Positions 27,601 to 36,976 are shown, numbered from the stretch's first letter. The stretch: DNA of 37,239 nt from a virus (IMGVR_UViG_3300029448_000142:1-37239), one strand, 5' to 3'. Translations and numbers: made by a program. The notes: generated from the sequence alone by a model not told the origin.

Positions 27601-30298
27601 CATCTAGAGTTAACATGGTCTCTTGCTCAATAAGCTCATCGCCATAAACAGATGCTGCATCTTCTGCTTCTTTTACTAAGTTGTGTACTGGTGCATATGT
27701 TCCAGAATAATGAGCATAACTCATAGCTGTTCTTGGACTATCTGAGAACCAAAATCCGTTTTCTGCAGAGGTAGACCCTGTAGATAATCCTCGCTTGCCT
27801 TTTTCAAAAGATAAAATATTAGAAGCAGTACCGTGATAATAAACAGTAGAAGTATCGTAACCCTGCTCTTCAGCTCTAGCTTTTCTATCGGCTACATTAT
27901 TCCTATTGAACGACATCTCTCTAGACTCATCGATTTCCATCGCGTCATCTTGAGCTGCATCGCGTTCTTCTTTAGCTCCTTGCTGTGCCATAACTCTCTG
28001 TAAGTATTGACCAAGGTATTTCTCTACAGTAGGACCAGGAACGTCTTGTTCTTCCAAACGTCTTGCCATCGATTGAAGACGAGAGACTGGGTTGAGACCT
28101 AGGTCTAACTGCATCTCTTCAAGGGTGTTTAATAGCATTGCTTTTTGCTGTACAGGAATAGTACTGTCTGCATTTACTGCTTCAGTAATACGAGCTGCTT
28201 CTGCACGATTGTTCTCTATGCCACGCTGATAGTTCTGGTCTTTTTGTGAAAGCTGCTGTTGAGCTTGTCCTTGAGCTGCTGACTGAGCATTACGAGGTCT
28301 AACCATCAAGTTTTGAAGTTGAGGGTATTGGTCAACAAGAGCATTGATGTCACGGTATAAACCAAAATCTACTTGACCTCCAGTAGCTACACTAGTTTCG
28401 TAAGCTTCGATAGCTCGTGTGGTAGCAGGAAGTGTATTTGGGTTTGCTTTCAGTATTCGGATTACTTGGGCCAGACCAGATCGATCTAATCCGGTTGCAT
28501 CTCGCATAATGTCTTCTGGACTGCCTTGCTGCGGAGGGGCACTTTGCTGAACTCTTCTTAGGTTAGCTTGACGCTCTTCTTCAGTATATTGTTCTTGGCG
28601 TAGACGAGCTTCTTCTGCTTGCGCTAGAGCTTGTTCTGCTACTTGTGCTTTTGCAGCTTCTTCCGCTGCCTCTTCGTTTTTAAGAGAGCGACCAGTTGCT
28701 GCTGGCTGTCCAGGCTGGTTTACATTTTGATCTATGTAACGAGCTACGTTGCTTCTTCTGCCTGTAGCTTTATCAATGAGACGCCCAGCTCCAAAAGTAC
28801 CTATTTGGGCTGCGGACAAGGCTGGATTAGACAATCCTAAAGCGATAGAGGCCAGTGGACGAGCAAACTGCTGCATTGGGCCGCCAGTATTAGAATAATT
28901 ATCTAAAGGTCCTATTGGGTTTAATGCATCAGTGTACTGTGTCACTCCTCCAGTCAATCCGCCTGAGTAAAGATTCGTTAAAGCATTCATTTCGTGCATT
29001 AGGGAGATAGCTTCTTGGCCTTCCTGAGTATCACCAGCAATTTTCTCAAATGCTGCAAAGTCAGCTGGCTCTACAACGTTCTTCACTTTGTTTTTAGATT
29101 TTATTGCTGCTAAAGCTGCATCAGACTTTTCAATCACTTGGTCAAAAGTGTCTGACTTTTTAATCTTAAGTCTTTCTTTCAACATGCCAATCAAAGTTTT
29201 TAATCTTTGGTTCATGTCACTGTGAGAATTGTCAATTAGACCTTTAGCGCCCTTGTTGTTATCTGGGTCGACATCTTGCACATCATAATTTTCAGAATTT
29301 TCGTCTTCATCAGCTTGGTCAATTTTTAATGCTAGGCGTTTAGACAAATCTGCTGCAGCTTGTTCTGTTCTAGACGTTGGAAATTCTTCTTGGTAACCTT
29401 TCATTAAATCTTCAGCAGAGGATTGACCTCTAGTTCGACTTCCTACTGCTTTTCTAGCGCCAGCAATTGTCGTATCAACAGCACCAGCTGAACCTGCTCC
29501 TATTATCCCTTCACCAATAGCTTGCCTAGGACTAACTTCTAAACCTTTTTTTGTAAGTAGCGTAGAGCCAGTCTGTTCACCGACACTCTGTAACGCTTCG
29601 GTGCCTCCTTCAGCAAGCATTCTTCTCATGATTCCAGACATTCCTGGAGCAATTGCATTAAGCATTCCTATGCCAGCTGCTGAAGTAGCTGCTACATAGA
29701 AATCTTCTTTGTTAGGCTCTTTGCGACCATTGTTCTTGGCTCTTTCCATTGCAATTGGACCAAGTTGCTGCATTCCTTCAAATACCATTGGTCCACCAAA
29801 TGCTCCAATAACACCGCCTGTGGCTGCTCCTGCAGCTGTCCCAGCTCCGGGTATCACTGATCCGGCTAATCCACCAACTCCTGCTCCTACTGCAGCACCG
29901 CCTGCCCTACTTCCAAGTGACCCAATAAATTGACCTGCTTGTTCAGCAACTGCCTTTGGAGCATAAGTAAAGTCATATATAGGCCGACCTTCGTTCATAA
30001 ATTGAGAAGCAGCACTTTGTCCTGGGCGTCTATCAACTAGGCCTCCCAATGAATCAGCTAAATCGTCTTTTCCAAACACTCTTGCAGTTGTAGCTGTATT
30101 TTCAGCTGCTTGGTCAATTCCTCGCATAAAAGCATCACCAAAGCCTTCAAACGCTCCATCTTTTGCATTAGCTTCTTCGGCTGCGTATGCCTTTTGATAC
30201 ATACCGTCTAGAATTTTTGCTTTTTTGTAATCTTTTGCTTCAAAAGCTTTTCGTGCCTTTCGGTATATTTCGTCTGAGCTGTATTCCAGTGTAGCCAT
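24662..30298 (-). CDS. large internal virion/ejection protein, polyvalent (ART-like, glycosylase-like, HExxH peptidase domains)
   Basis: 1878 aa; Gly/Ala hydrophobic N-terminal segments; YHGT...GFWFS...A.SYA; GPKV..FYTNL...VTMDMWF.R; LAHEMSHG. Confidence 0.75.
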   Translation of the reverse strand: MATLEYSSDEIYRKARKAFEAKDYKKAKILDGMYQKAYAAEEANAKDGAFEGFGDAFMRGIDQAAENTATTARVFGKDDLADSLGGLVDRRPGQSAASQFMNEGRPIYDFTYAPKAVAEQAGQFIGSLGSRAGGAAVGAGVGGLAGSVIPGAGTAAGAATGGVIGAFGGPMVFEGMQQLGPIAMERAKNNGRKEPNKEDFYVAATSAAGIGMLNAIAPGMSGIMRRMLAEGGTEALQSVGEQTGSTLLTKKGLEVSPRQAIGEGIIGAGSAGAVDTTIAGARKAVGSRTRGQSSAEDLMKGYQEEFPTSRTEQAAADLSKRLALKIDQADEDENSENYDVQDVDPDNNKGAKGLIDNSHSDMNQRLKTLIGMLKERLKIKKSDTFDQVIEKSDAALAAIKSKNKVKNVVEPADFAAFEKIAGDTQEGQEAISLMHEMNALTNLYSGGLTGGVTQYTDALNPIGPLDNYSNTGGPMQQFARPLASIALGLSNPALSAAQIGTFGAGRLIDKATGRRSNVARYIDQNVNQPGQPAATGRSLKNEEAAEEAAKAQVAEQALAQAEEARLRQEQYTEEERQANLRRVQQSAPPQQGSPEDIMRDATGLDRSGLAQVIRILKANPNTLPATTRAIEAYETSVATGGQVDFGLYRDINALVDQYPQLQNLMVRPRNAQSAAQGQAQQQLSQKDQNYQRGIENNRAEAARITEAVNADSTIPVQQKAMLLNTLEEMQLDLGLNPVSRLQSMARRLEEQDVPGPTVEKYLGQYLQRVMAQQGAKEERDAAQDDAMEIDESREMSFNRNNVADRKARAEEQGYDTSTVYYHGTASNILSFEKGKRGLSTGSTSAENGFWFSDSPRTAMSYAHYSGTYAPVHNLVKEAEDAASVYGDELIEQETMLTLDGLLTQSGIDSTGFKKDSNGIPISVIGHDAYDKLLDAAEKLELKFNSGDRNNGQNIIPIYAPKDADLLVKDMEGKSFDDSGVSLEINDLMRKAKLTGKKGVKLLNLNDSVGLADDPSTHLAIFEPSDIRSVNAQFDPLQTNSLELNASMEPSFTDGPALAFDTSPNVNTINEGSETFPKMKGKTEVAKFLEARALNKIGGTVRDIADPADRELIANDLVAEAIYEMNSQDEGSAMDWYDLTIEKMLSMMSLKYPEIATDVNAKTPMLVALSIMSQNMDVPTNLKIAEKAYEYFRDKGQFEVIGQGKSQAVMELNFKKANMLLNKLGSMEALADFLQTKFTVKELNPVLQNYLGDEGKVGGENVDTVVYGSAVFGPKVGNGFYTNLRGDFSPVTMDMWFMRTVGRLKGKLMEFDEKKFQNQLNRLKKALGRKRISKEQLIDKAFELIKLHEADYKKNRKLYDLKKGDPKRKVKSEATKAAFTIKGSLKNTIDSPTNGTERNHLRSLVQTAVTKFNQQTGLSIEPAAFQALIWYPEQDLYKKLGVPLKNVRKDFATSLKELLIKEGFNEQDLNAAIDRVQPRPKLGPGEVRQSTVVPEQRTVRNADEQPSRTLQPEEITAEIDLSTQPALLQPESPQIPFDFTTPTVGQIKDKLEDAKGAVQMVIGKPGTKFEKGLSSMEDFQQLADMLDISIGIFQTHKELRDFSQNNIPIGTEGFFQPNNEGVSGRVAIRNRSNYGKTLLTLAHEMSHGLESRPMDNEPSYTIKRPPAHNLADKKQKQYFDGSLRQSIAQVVAAAQRNYLPDSTFAEKLPDAKIRMNYANDIVSNLTYSQAKSIKDEIDALQNGTFVGFGSAPELGEFPIRLNRKLAKELYFEQNPSATDEEANRRVDEEFLKYEGYIKNDAEFSEDPVLLSIIDPKTSKKLLPTTYKFIQDHFNESNIPVKFFASPLATIVAILMAGMIGGEEEENPGILTPGPGMLSA

Positions 30299-30315
30299 TT
30301 ATAAGACCTTATATA

Positions 30316-31446
30316 TTAGTCGACCATTGCAGCGCGTTCTTCATCAGAAAACGCACTTGGAGCAAAGCTTGTAGGGGGTGCACTAGTAGAGGGTTCTGAT
30401 TGAGACGCAGTGTAAGTATTAGAGAACCCAACACCTGCATTACGTCCTACCACTACGCCATTGTTTAGCCGTGTTTGAACTTGTTTTAGGTTTTCTATTC
30501 TAGCTTTTAACCACGATTTCCAAACATCTTCATCCATAGACATCGTAGGTACACTGGACTGGAAAAGAGCCATTTCTTTATCAGAGATCGCACCTTTTGT
30601 GTTTGCAGTGTTTAAAAGAGTTTGGTCAACAATGATGTCTCTTAGCTGAATCCTAAATGCTTCTCTATCAGCATTTGAAAACCCAGGTACACCTGAAGCA
30701 TCTAGGTTGGAGACAATGTATTTATCCCAGAATCCTGTAACACTTGAGAAATCATCAAACCTAGTTAAAGCAGACTGTAGTTTATCAACCATTTGTGTGG
30801 TTTCTTCTAAACCATTGTCACCCTCTTCTTGACCTTGAGACTGAGCAGCTAGATTAGCTAAATCAGCAGCAATACCTTCGTTCTGAATGTTCCCATACTC
30901 GTTACCCATAGCAGCCATTGCTGCATTGAGACCTTGTGGACTGGCTCCCTGCATTGCTGCACCCATGCGAACTAACTTTGTACCCAGTGTTTGTTGTCCA
31001 GGTCCTACGTTTTGCTTCTGCATTAAGTAATCGCCAAAGCTTGTCCTGTCTCTCTTCTTGTCACTTTGGTTTGGCTGACTTAAAAAATCAGATGTCATTG
31101 CAGGACTAGAGGATTGAGGTGTTACTGGGCCTTGTTGTTTAGGATAAGGGTTTCCTGGTAGACCTAATATTGGCTGATTGGTGCCTAATTGACCTGAGTT
31201 TTCTCTAATTGGAGCTGGTACAAACCTTTCTTGGTTTTGTTGAGGTTTACGCATAGGAAAAGGTATAAAACCATTGCTATTTTGTAGCCTGTTAACGTCA
31301 GCCTGTGCTTGCTCTATATAACTAGTACCACCACCAAGAGGACCACGGTCACCAATTTGTTTTTGCTGTTGCAGATTAGCCATAGCCTGTTCTAAAGGAC
31401 TCATCTGTGGTTTGTTGACTCCAAAGTTCATTCCGAAAACACGCAT
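30316..31446 (-). CDS. putative internal virion (ejection) protein
   Basis: Q/P/G-rich N-half, KGAISDKEM motif; GGAGG RBS; position among core proteins. Confidence 0.65.
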   Translation of the reverse strand: MRVFGMNFGVNKPQMSPLEQAMANLQQQKQIGDRGPLGGGTSYIEQAQADVNRLQNSNGFIPFPMRKPQQNQERFVPAPIRENSGQLGTNQPILGLPGNPYPKQQGPVTPQSSSPAMTSDFLSQPNQSDKKRDRTSFGDYLMQKQNVGPGQQTLGTKLVRMGAAMQGASPQGLNAAMAAMGNEYGNIQNEGIAADLANLAAQSQGQEEGDNGLEETTQMVDKLQSALTRFDDFSSVTGFWDKYIVSNLDASGVPGFSNADREAFRIQLRDIIVDQTLLNTANTKGAISDKEMALFQSSVPTMSMDEDVWKSWLKARIENLKQVQTRLNNGVVVGRNAGVGFSNTYTASQSEPSTSAPPTSFAPSAFSDEERAAMVD

Positions 31447-31447
31447 A

Positions 31448-32494
31448 TCAGGGCCCTCCTCCATAAACAGTGTTCATTGCTGATTGAACTGAGTTAGTAG
31501 GTGGTATACCACCGCCAAACTTGTCTTTGTAGTTTGCATAACTGTTCATAAAGTCCATACCATAGCCAAGGCCTTGCATTGCACCACCAAAACCACCAGC
31601 TGCAGTTGAATTCATGTTTGGCTGTACCTGAGGAGCCCCTGGAGCATTACCTAACATTCCAGCTTGATATCTCATCTGCGTGTTAAGACCGAAATCACGG
31701 TCTCTCTCGAATCTGTCTCGTAAATCATTGAGATAGTCTTGGTCAAATCCTCGTAAATTAGCTCCAGCACCAGTCATAAAGTCACCCATAGTTCCCATGG
31801 CGTTTATTCCACGCTGATAACTTTGGTCTAACCCACGGTTTGCATTCATCATGTCTGTAAACTGACGGTTTTGCTGATTAACACTTTGATTCATTAGGTT
31901 TTGATTGATAGTTGCTGCGGTATCCGCTCTTCTATCGTTGTAACCACGAGCTGCAACAGCATCTGCTATGCCAGCTCTAGAGCTATTTATGTTTCCACCG
32001 CCAGAGGAGGCCATGTTAATACCCGGTAACGTCTGTTCTGTTAGTGTTCTATAGTCATCACGCATTGCTGCTTCAATGAGAGGGCCAGAATTAGACAATG
32101 CATAGTCTCTTGCCTGTGCAAGACGGTCATCACTTCCAGCTGCATACAAGTCTGCATAGTTTTGACCAAAGTTTTGACCTACCTGAGACAAATCAAATGC
32201 GCCTTGGGCACCCATAGCTCCCATATTGCCTATAAAGTTATTACCAACTTTTTCATACATGTTTGGACCAGCTAGGGTCTGACCCATGTAGGCTCCTGTG
32301 TTTTGTACATCATCAAGATAACCTTGGCCTGCTGCTAGGCTGTCAGTAATGTAGGGCTTGTACATCTCAAACTGCTCACGGTTGAGCCTGTTAGCTTCGT
32401 CTTGAGCTTTCTTTGCCTGATTAGCACCATAGGCACCTGAAGCACCACCTATTACTGCGCTACCAATCATTGCTGTTGCTGGGTCCATTCCCAT
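31448..32494 (-). CDS. putative internal virion / DNA-transfer protein
   Basis: Gly/Ala-rich hydrophobic N-terminus, Q/M/G-rich, SSRAG motif. Confidence 0.7.
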   Translation of the reverse strand: MGMDPATAMIGSAVIGGASGAYGANQAKKAQDEANRLNREQFEMYKPYITDSLAAGQGYLDDVQNTGAYMGQTLAGPNMYEKVGNNFIGNMGAMGAQGAFDLSQVGQNFGQNYADLYAAGSDDRLAQARDYALSNSGPLIEAAMRDDYRTLTEQTLPGINMASSGGGNINSSRAGIADAVAARGYNDRRADTAATINQNLMNQSVNQQNRQFTDMMNANRGLDQSYQRGINAMGTMGDFMTGAGANLRGFDQDYLNDLRDRFERDRDFGLNTQMRYQAGMLGNAPGAPQVQPNMNSTAAGGFGGAMQGLGYGMDFMNSYANYKDKFGGGIPPTNSVQSAMNTVYGGGP

Positions 32495-32495
32495 T

Positions 32496-32786
32496 TCAAG
32501 TTACCTCTTTCATGTATATATCAATTATTTTGTTGTCTACACACTCTCGTGTTTCGACATATGTAAACTCAAGCATTAACAAGAATTTTTTATGTTTCTC
32601 ATCGCCACATTCGTGGATGCAATAGAGTGGTGATTTACGGATAGCTAACAAGAGTTTCAAACTGTCTTGTAAGTCTCTTTTTACTGATTTGTTGTAGCGG
32701 TAGACATCGCAATGTAAAAACGTGTGTTCTTCGTATTGGTCGTAATATGCCGTGAAGTCATCGCTCTCTATGACTGGTGTTTTCAT
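32496..32786 (-). CDS. hypothetical protein (position of tail assembly/GNAT-like gene)
   Basis: ATGA overlap; lies between tail tube and core genes. Confidence 0.6.
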   Translation of the reverse strand: MKTPVIESDDFTAYYDQYEEHTFLHCDVYRYNKSVKRDLQDSLKLLLAIRKSPLYCIHECGDEKHKKFLLMLEFTYVETRECVDNKIIDIYMKEVT

Positions 32787-33061
32787 ACAGCAACCCAGGC
32801 AGTACCGTTGTATACGACCATGCCTTGTGAGCTGTTACCTAATGCATCCCAAGGTAGTACGTTAAAGCGTACTGTTCCTTTTCTGGGATTCGCTGGTTCT
32901 TGGTCTGTTGCCTGTATAGCAGCCTCAGAGAGACTGTTAATGGCGTTCTCTATGCGCTGTAACTCATCTGATATGTAATTGTTGACACTAGCTTCAATGG
33001 TCGGAAAGTTCTTTCTGACGTACTGTCGTAAGACAAGGTCAGTCTGCTCATTAATTGGCAT
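32783..33061 (-). CDS. hypothetical tail-associated protein
   Basis: YISDELQRIENAI, GMVVYNGTAW. Confidence 0.65.
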   Translation of the reverse strand: MPINEQTDLVLRQYVRKNFPTIEASVNNYISDELQRIENAINSLSEAAIQATDQEPANPRKGTVRFNVLPWDALGNSSQGMVVYNGTAWVAV

Positions 33062-33069
33062 ACTAGGAC

Positions 33070-34710
33070 CTACCTTCTGCCAGTGGCAGTGAGTTCTACA
33101 TCAAAACCTAAGAATCTAAAGTCTTTTGTATCAGACAAAGTCATTTTGTAACTGAGGTATCTACCTGCAGCTCTTGTGTCTACCTTGTGACTGACTGAAG
33201 CATCAAAAGTCACTGTAGACTCATACACCGTTGCACTTGTTATAAGGTCAGCTGCACCAAAGTTAAAACTAAACTGCTTGTTACTGTTATTTGTGTGTGC
33301 CTGGGGTACTACTTTAGTAATCACTTTGTAGCCACTAAGAGGGACACTATCGTCTAGGTCTATACCGACTCTTTCAATAAAAGGTGATTTAGTAGCAACA
33401 GTATCTACCGGGAAACTTAGGAGCGTATTGTCTTCACTACCGTCTAATCCATAGAGCTTGTCTGAGGTAATACCATCGTTAGTAGAGTCTTGACCTACGA
33501 ATACATTGTGTAAGCTAAAGCCTGCTTCTTGCGAGTGATAGGTACCACCAATTGTTGCGTAGGTTCCCACTACGTTTTGATAAGTAGACGTAGACGCAAG
33601 ACTAGCTAGAGTAGCTGAGGAGACGTTTGGTAAGTCTAAGAAGGACCAAGTGTTATTCTTGTAGTTGAACACTGCTGCCCGGTTACATCTGTCACCATTG
33701 GTAAACTCAGACATGTCATCACCTGAGCTGTAGCAGAAGTATATTTCTTCAAGTAATGGATTGTGGTGTACAAAGCATCTCTCTAGCTTATCTGTGTTAA
33801 TACTATTGAATATGTATGACTTGACTCTTTCATCTGCAATGGAGACCTTACTGTTACCATCGTGGGTGTAGATGTCATCTGTACCAAAGCAGAAATGCTT
33901 GTTCTGTACTTCTATTGCACAGTTAGCATTGATAAGACCAGTCTCACTAAATAGTTTTCTAAAGTTAAAGATAAAGGTGCCACCCACGAATTCCATGAGC
34001 CATACCTGGTCTTTACTGTAAATAATAAAGTTAGAACCTAGAGTTGCACCATCAACAATACCAGTCTTCATTTGTACTAAATCATTGAATCCTGCTGACT
34101 TAGTTGTGTCTGCTGCATACCAACTGTCAGGCGGCACATTGTTAGCCTGAGCTAAGTTGGACCATCGAACCCTGGTAGGATAGCTTGAGCTTCCTTCTAT
34201 CATGTTTAATGCAATCAGGAAGTCACCATAGGACCTAAGAGACTCTGTACGCCAGGAAGACACCCAGTTATCTCCTGTAGCAGATGACTGGTTTGGTATG
34301 TCAGCAAAGTTAGTACCACCGTTGATGCGGTACACTGGTATTCTGTCGTTTCTATTGAAGTAGGTAATGTTGGCTAAGGTAGAACCAGTGAAAGGTGCCT
34401 GGTTAGATGCCATTGCGGATATGGAACCACTGCGGTCTGTAGTAGTACCATTTGCATATTCTTTGATAACGTAGGTGTCAGACACCATTAAGACAGTGCC
34501 ATGACCAGATGAGGGGATGGTTCCATAGGAGAACCTAGGATTAAATGTTAAGTCTTTTACTGCACGAAAGACTGGGGCTCTAACTACAGCACCCTCGTCA
34601 AACCTTACATTCTTTGCTCTAGTGAATGCCTGTGGAGGCAGACTAGCAGGAGATGCATCAGCAAGAACACCTACGTCACCCACACCTCTAATTGGTAACG
34701 TCTGTCCCAT
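33070..34710 (-). CDS. tail tubular protein B / nozzle-like
   Basis: 546 aa beta-rich; NVRFDEG, RVRWS, VFNYKNNTWS, GRYLSYK, ends GRR. Confidence 0.75.
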   Translation of the reverse strand: MGQTLPIRGVGDVGVLADASPASLPPQAFTRAKNVRFDEGAVVRAPVFRAVKDLTFNPRFSYGTIPSSGHGTVLMVSDTYVIKEYANGTTTDRSGSISAMASNQAPFTGSTLANITYFNRNDRIPVYRINGGTNFADIPNQSSATGDNWVSSWRTESLRSYGDFLIALNMIEGSSSYPTRVRWSNLAQANNVPPDSWYAADTTKSAGFNDLVQMKTGIVDGATLGSNFIIYSKDQVWLMEFVGGTFIFNFRKLFSETGLINANCAIEVQNKHFCFGTDDIYTHDGNSKVSIADERVKSYIFNSINTDKLERCFVHHNPLLEEIYFCYSSGDDMSEFTNGDRCNRAAVFNYKNNTWSFLDLPNVSSATLASLASTSTYQNVVGTYATIGGTYHSQEAGFSLHNVFVGQDSTNDGITSDKLYGLDGSEDNTLLSFPVDTVATKSPFIERVGIDLDDSVPLSGYKVITKVVPQAHTNNSNKQFSFNFGAADLITSATVYESTVTFDASVSHKVDTRAAGRYLSYKMTLSDTKDFRFLGFDVELTATGRR

Positions 34711-34811
34711 ACTTATGTTCCTTATTGTTTACATTGTTTCTTATGCTTTACGCGACCCAGTAAGCTTTAGTGGTACCTAGGTCTATCTGGGGTCTACTAG
34801 GAGGCATAAGG

Positions 34812-35573
34812 TTATGCTGTACGTTTCCACATATAGACAACCACATATGGCTGCATAATGTTATGGGCAGCTCCACCTCCAGTAGACGATGTAGTAGTAG
34901 AACTAGGGGCACCAAGGTCTCCACCGCCTGTCCTGTTGACACTGTTGTTTGTGTCTTGCATAGCAGTGAAACTATGGGTGTGAGCAGGCATCTCATTAAT
35001 AGTCAACGTGTGAGTCTTAGAACCACCTGTCTTTTCTGAAGAACCATCAGTAGAAGCAGCTACAAACTCAGCATCAGCAGGGTCGTTATAATCATGTCCT
35101 GCCAGTACTTTTCCTGCACCATAAGGTGCCCAAGTACCACCAAAGGCTGAAGCAGGACTTGTGTTAGCTACAGACGTATAGATGGAACCTATAGGATAAG
35201 TAGAGTTAAGAGCTTCAGCTTTCACTAAGTTCCAAACTTCAGCTGCAGTAATACCTGTGGCCAACGCAGGGGTTACTTCACCTTCGCTATCTGTAGCTGT
35301 AGTAATCGCAGGTTCACTGATGCCTACCAATGTCTTTATCTTTGCTGCAGTGATGTTTGTATTAAAGGTGGCATTGGTACCATCGGATACTATGGCAGTC
35401 TTAGTGTTTAATTCTGCAGGTGTCGCAGTGACTGCTGCATCTACGTTAGGAAAAGTATTCTTGATTGTACTTTTGATAATCTTGAGATGCTCATCGATTT
35501 CAGACAAGGCATCTGTCTCTGGAGGAAACTGTGCGTTGAGACTATTGATGTAAGTACCAGTTTCTACGGTCAT
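34812..35573 (-). CDS. short tail fibre / baseplate Gp10_C-like protein
   Basis: YPIGSIYTS...FGGTW...GKVLAG, GGSKTHTLTINEMPAHTH, HNIMQPYVVVYMWKRTA; start MTVETG at 35573. Confidence 0.8.
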   Translation of the reverse strand: MTVETGTYINSLNAQFPPETDALSEIDEHLKIIKSTIKNTFPNVDAAVTATPAELNTKTAIVSDGTNATFNTNITAAKIKTLVGISEPAITTATDSEGEVTPALATGITAAEVWNLVKAEALNSTYPIGSIYTSVANTSPASAFGGTWAPYGAGKVLAGHDYNDPADAEFVAASTDGSSEKTGGSKTHTLTINEMPAHTHSFTAMQDTNNSVNRTGGGDLGAPSSTTTSSTGGGAAHNIMQPYVVVYMWKRTA

Positions 35574-35897
35574 GAGTTTTACCTTCTTTCTTGGATTCTT
35601 AGGTCCTTGGTTTCGTGGGGAGACTCTGGTTAAAAGAGACAGACAACAACAACAACAAGTCGACCCTTTACCCTTGTTTTTGAAATCATTAGTACATTTG
35701 ACCCATGGGGGTGACATTTGTCACTAGGAGTCCCTGGAATCATAGACATTTGTCCATATGTGGCCTACAGCCTAGACAGACACGTCAATCGATATGTTAT
35801 CGGCTGACCTTTAGAGACTTTAGTTACTGACTTATAGACATTGGGAAAATTTGTTGGCTTAAGGCTTTTTCTTTGTGTTGAAAATAGGGAATTAACC

Positions 35898-35974
35898 CAA
35901 GTACCACCAAAGCTCCCTCAAGTACTACTCAAGTACTACTCAAGTACCACTCAAGTACCACCAAAGCTCCCTCA
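35898..35974. repeat. short direct-repeat array
   Basis: 23-mer CAAGTACCACCAAAGCTCCCTCA at 35898 and 35952 enclosing three tandem 11-mers CAAGTACYACT. Confidence 0.9.
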
Positions 35975-36057
35975 TGTCTTCTCAATGCTCACCAGAGTCC
36001 ACCAATGCTCTTCTAAAGCCACCAAAGTCTAACTGTATCTCATGTATCTAAAGTTAT

Positions 36058-36114
36058 CTCAGTAGTCACCTAAGCTCACTGTGAGGGAGACAAGAGTTGT
36101 CGGTGACTACTGAG
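36058..36114. repeat. 13-bp perfect inverted repeat enclosing two small hairpins
   Basis: CTCAGTAGTCACC ... GGTGACTACTGAG with internal CTCACTGTGAG and GACAAGAGTTGTC. Confidence 0.8.
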
Positions 36115-36214
36115 TTAACAAATGATTGACACATGTATACATAGGTATTCGGTTGTTTATTACATATGTTCTTCGGTTCAACATCCGCAACGCTCAGAAC
36201 ACATGTATATCCTC

Positions 36215-36231
36215 ATAGGGTGGACACTTCT
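36215..36231 (-). promoter_or_regulatory. possible variant phage promoter upstream of the virion operon
   Basis: Minus strand AGAAGTGTCCACCCTAT, similar to the GTGTCCACCTAT core and to the AGAAGTGTC of the 11942 copy. Confidence 0.45.
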
Positions 36232-36600
36232 CCAAATACAATAGAATAGGTATTCAAATGAGTATTTAGTTAACTGAATGGCTATTCAGAAAACATGTCG
36301 ATTGACTAGTATTATTAGGTAGATAAGAGTATTGTGCGGAAGGTGTCGAGGGTTCAGCATGCACTCCACGTTAGTCTTGTTACTAACACACATGGAGGCA
36401 GCTGTTCCTTCGGCATCCCTTCTATACGTTCCTGTACAGATCTGCCACTCTACAACAGTAAGACAAATATGCATAGCACTTATGACTATTAGTCATTGGT
36501 TAACATGTGTTGTCCCTAGTAAAATACCGTCTCACCTATGATTACACCTTACTGAGGACCACCGTAACACTTATGAACTTTATGCTTACCTTCACTGTCT

Positions 36601-36972
36601 TTACCTTGTTTTTAATTGCCCTTGATAACTTGACTTTAGTCTCTCCAGATACCAAAGACTCTTCTCCAGACATTCCAAGGGTTTACCCTTCTCCTTCTTC
36701 TCGTACCTCCACAGGTACTTGAGTACATTGCCTTTACAGTAGCCACGAAATGCTTCAGGGGTCATTGATGCTTCAATGGCCTCTATGCACTCAATATTCC
36801 CTGCAGTGTAATGACTAGGACTATTCACCATGTCTTTAGCTTGCTCTTCTTCAGCTAACTTATGATATGCCTCCATTGTCACTGCATTGTTTGGGTCAAT
36901 TACAGGATACTCTCTTTGTAGTCTGTCCCAGTCAGCTGGGGTTGCACTGTTAATTCCATGTCCATCATTCAT
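36601..36972 (-). CDS. DUF3310 / T7 gp1.7-like nucleotide kinase
   Basis: DMVNSPSHY...IECIEAI...YCKGNVLKYLWRY..K....LEKSLWYLERL. Confidence 0.85.
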   Translation of the reverse strand: MNDGHGINSATPADWDRLQREYPVIDPNNAVTMEAYHKLAEEEQAKDMVNSPSHYTAGNIECIEAIEASMTPEAFRGYCKGNVLKYLWRYEKKEKGKPLECLEKSLWYLERLKSSYQGQLKTR

Positions 36973-36976
36973 ATGA

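Noticed and set aside
35574-35717. Poly-Cys N-terminal extension of the 301-aa ORF
   Set aside because: Arises from an (ACA)n tract upstream of the better start at 35573
35898-35974. Mini CRISPR array
   Set aside because: The interval between the 23-mers is made of the same repeat unit, not a unique spacer; no cas genes
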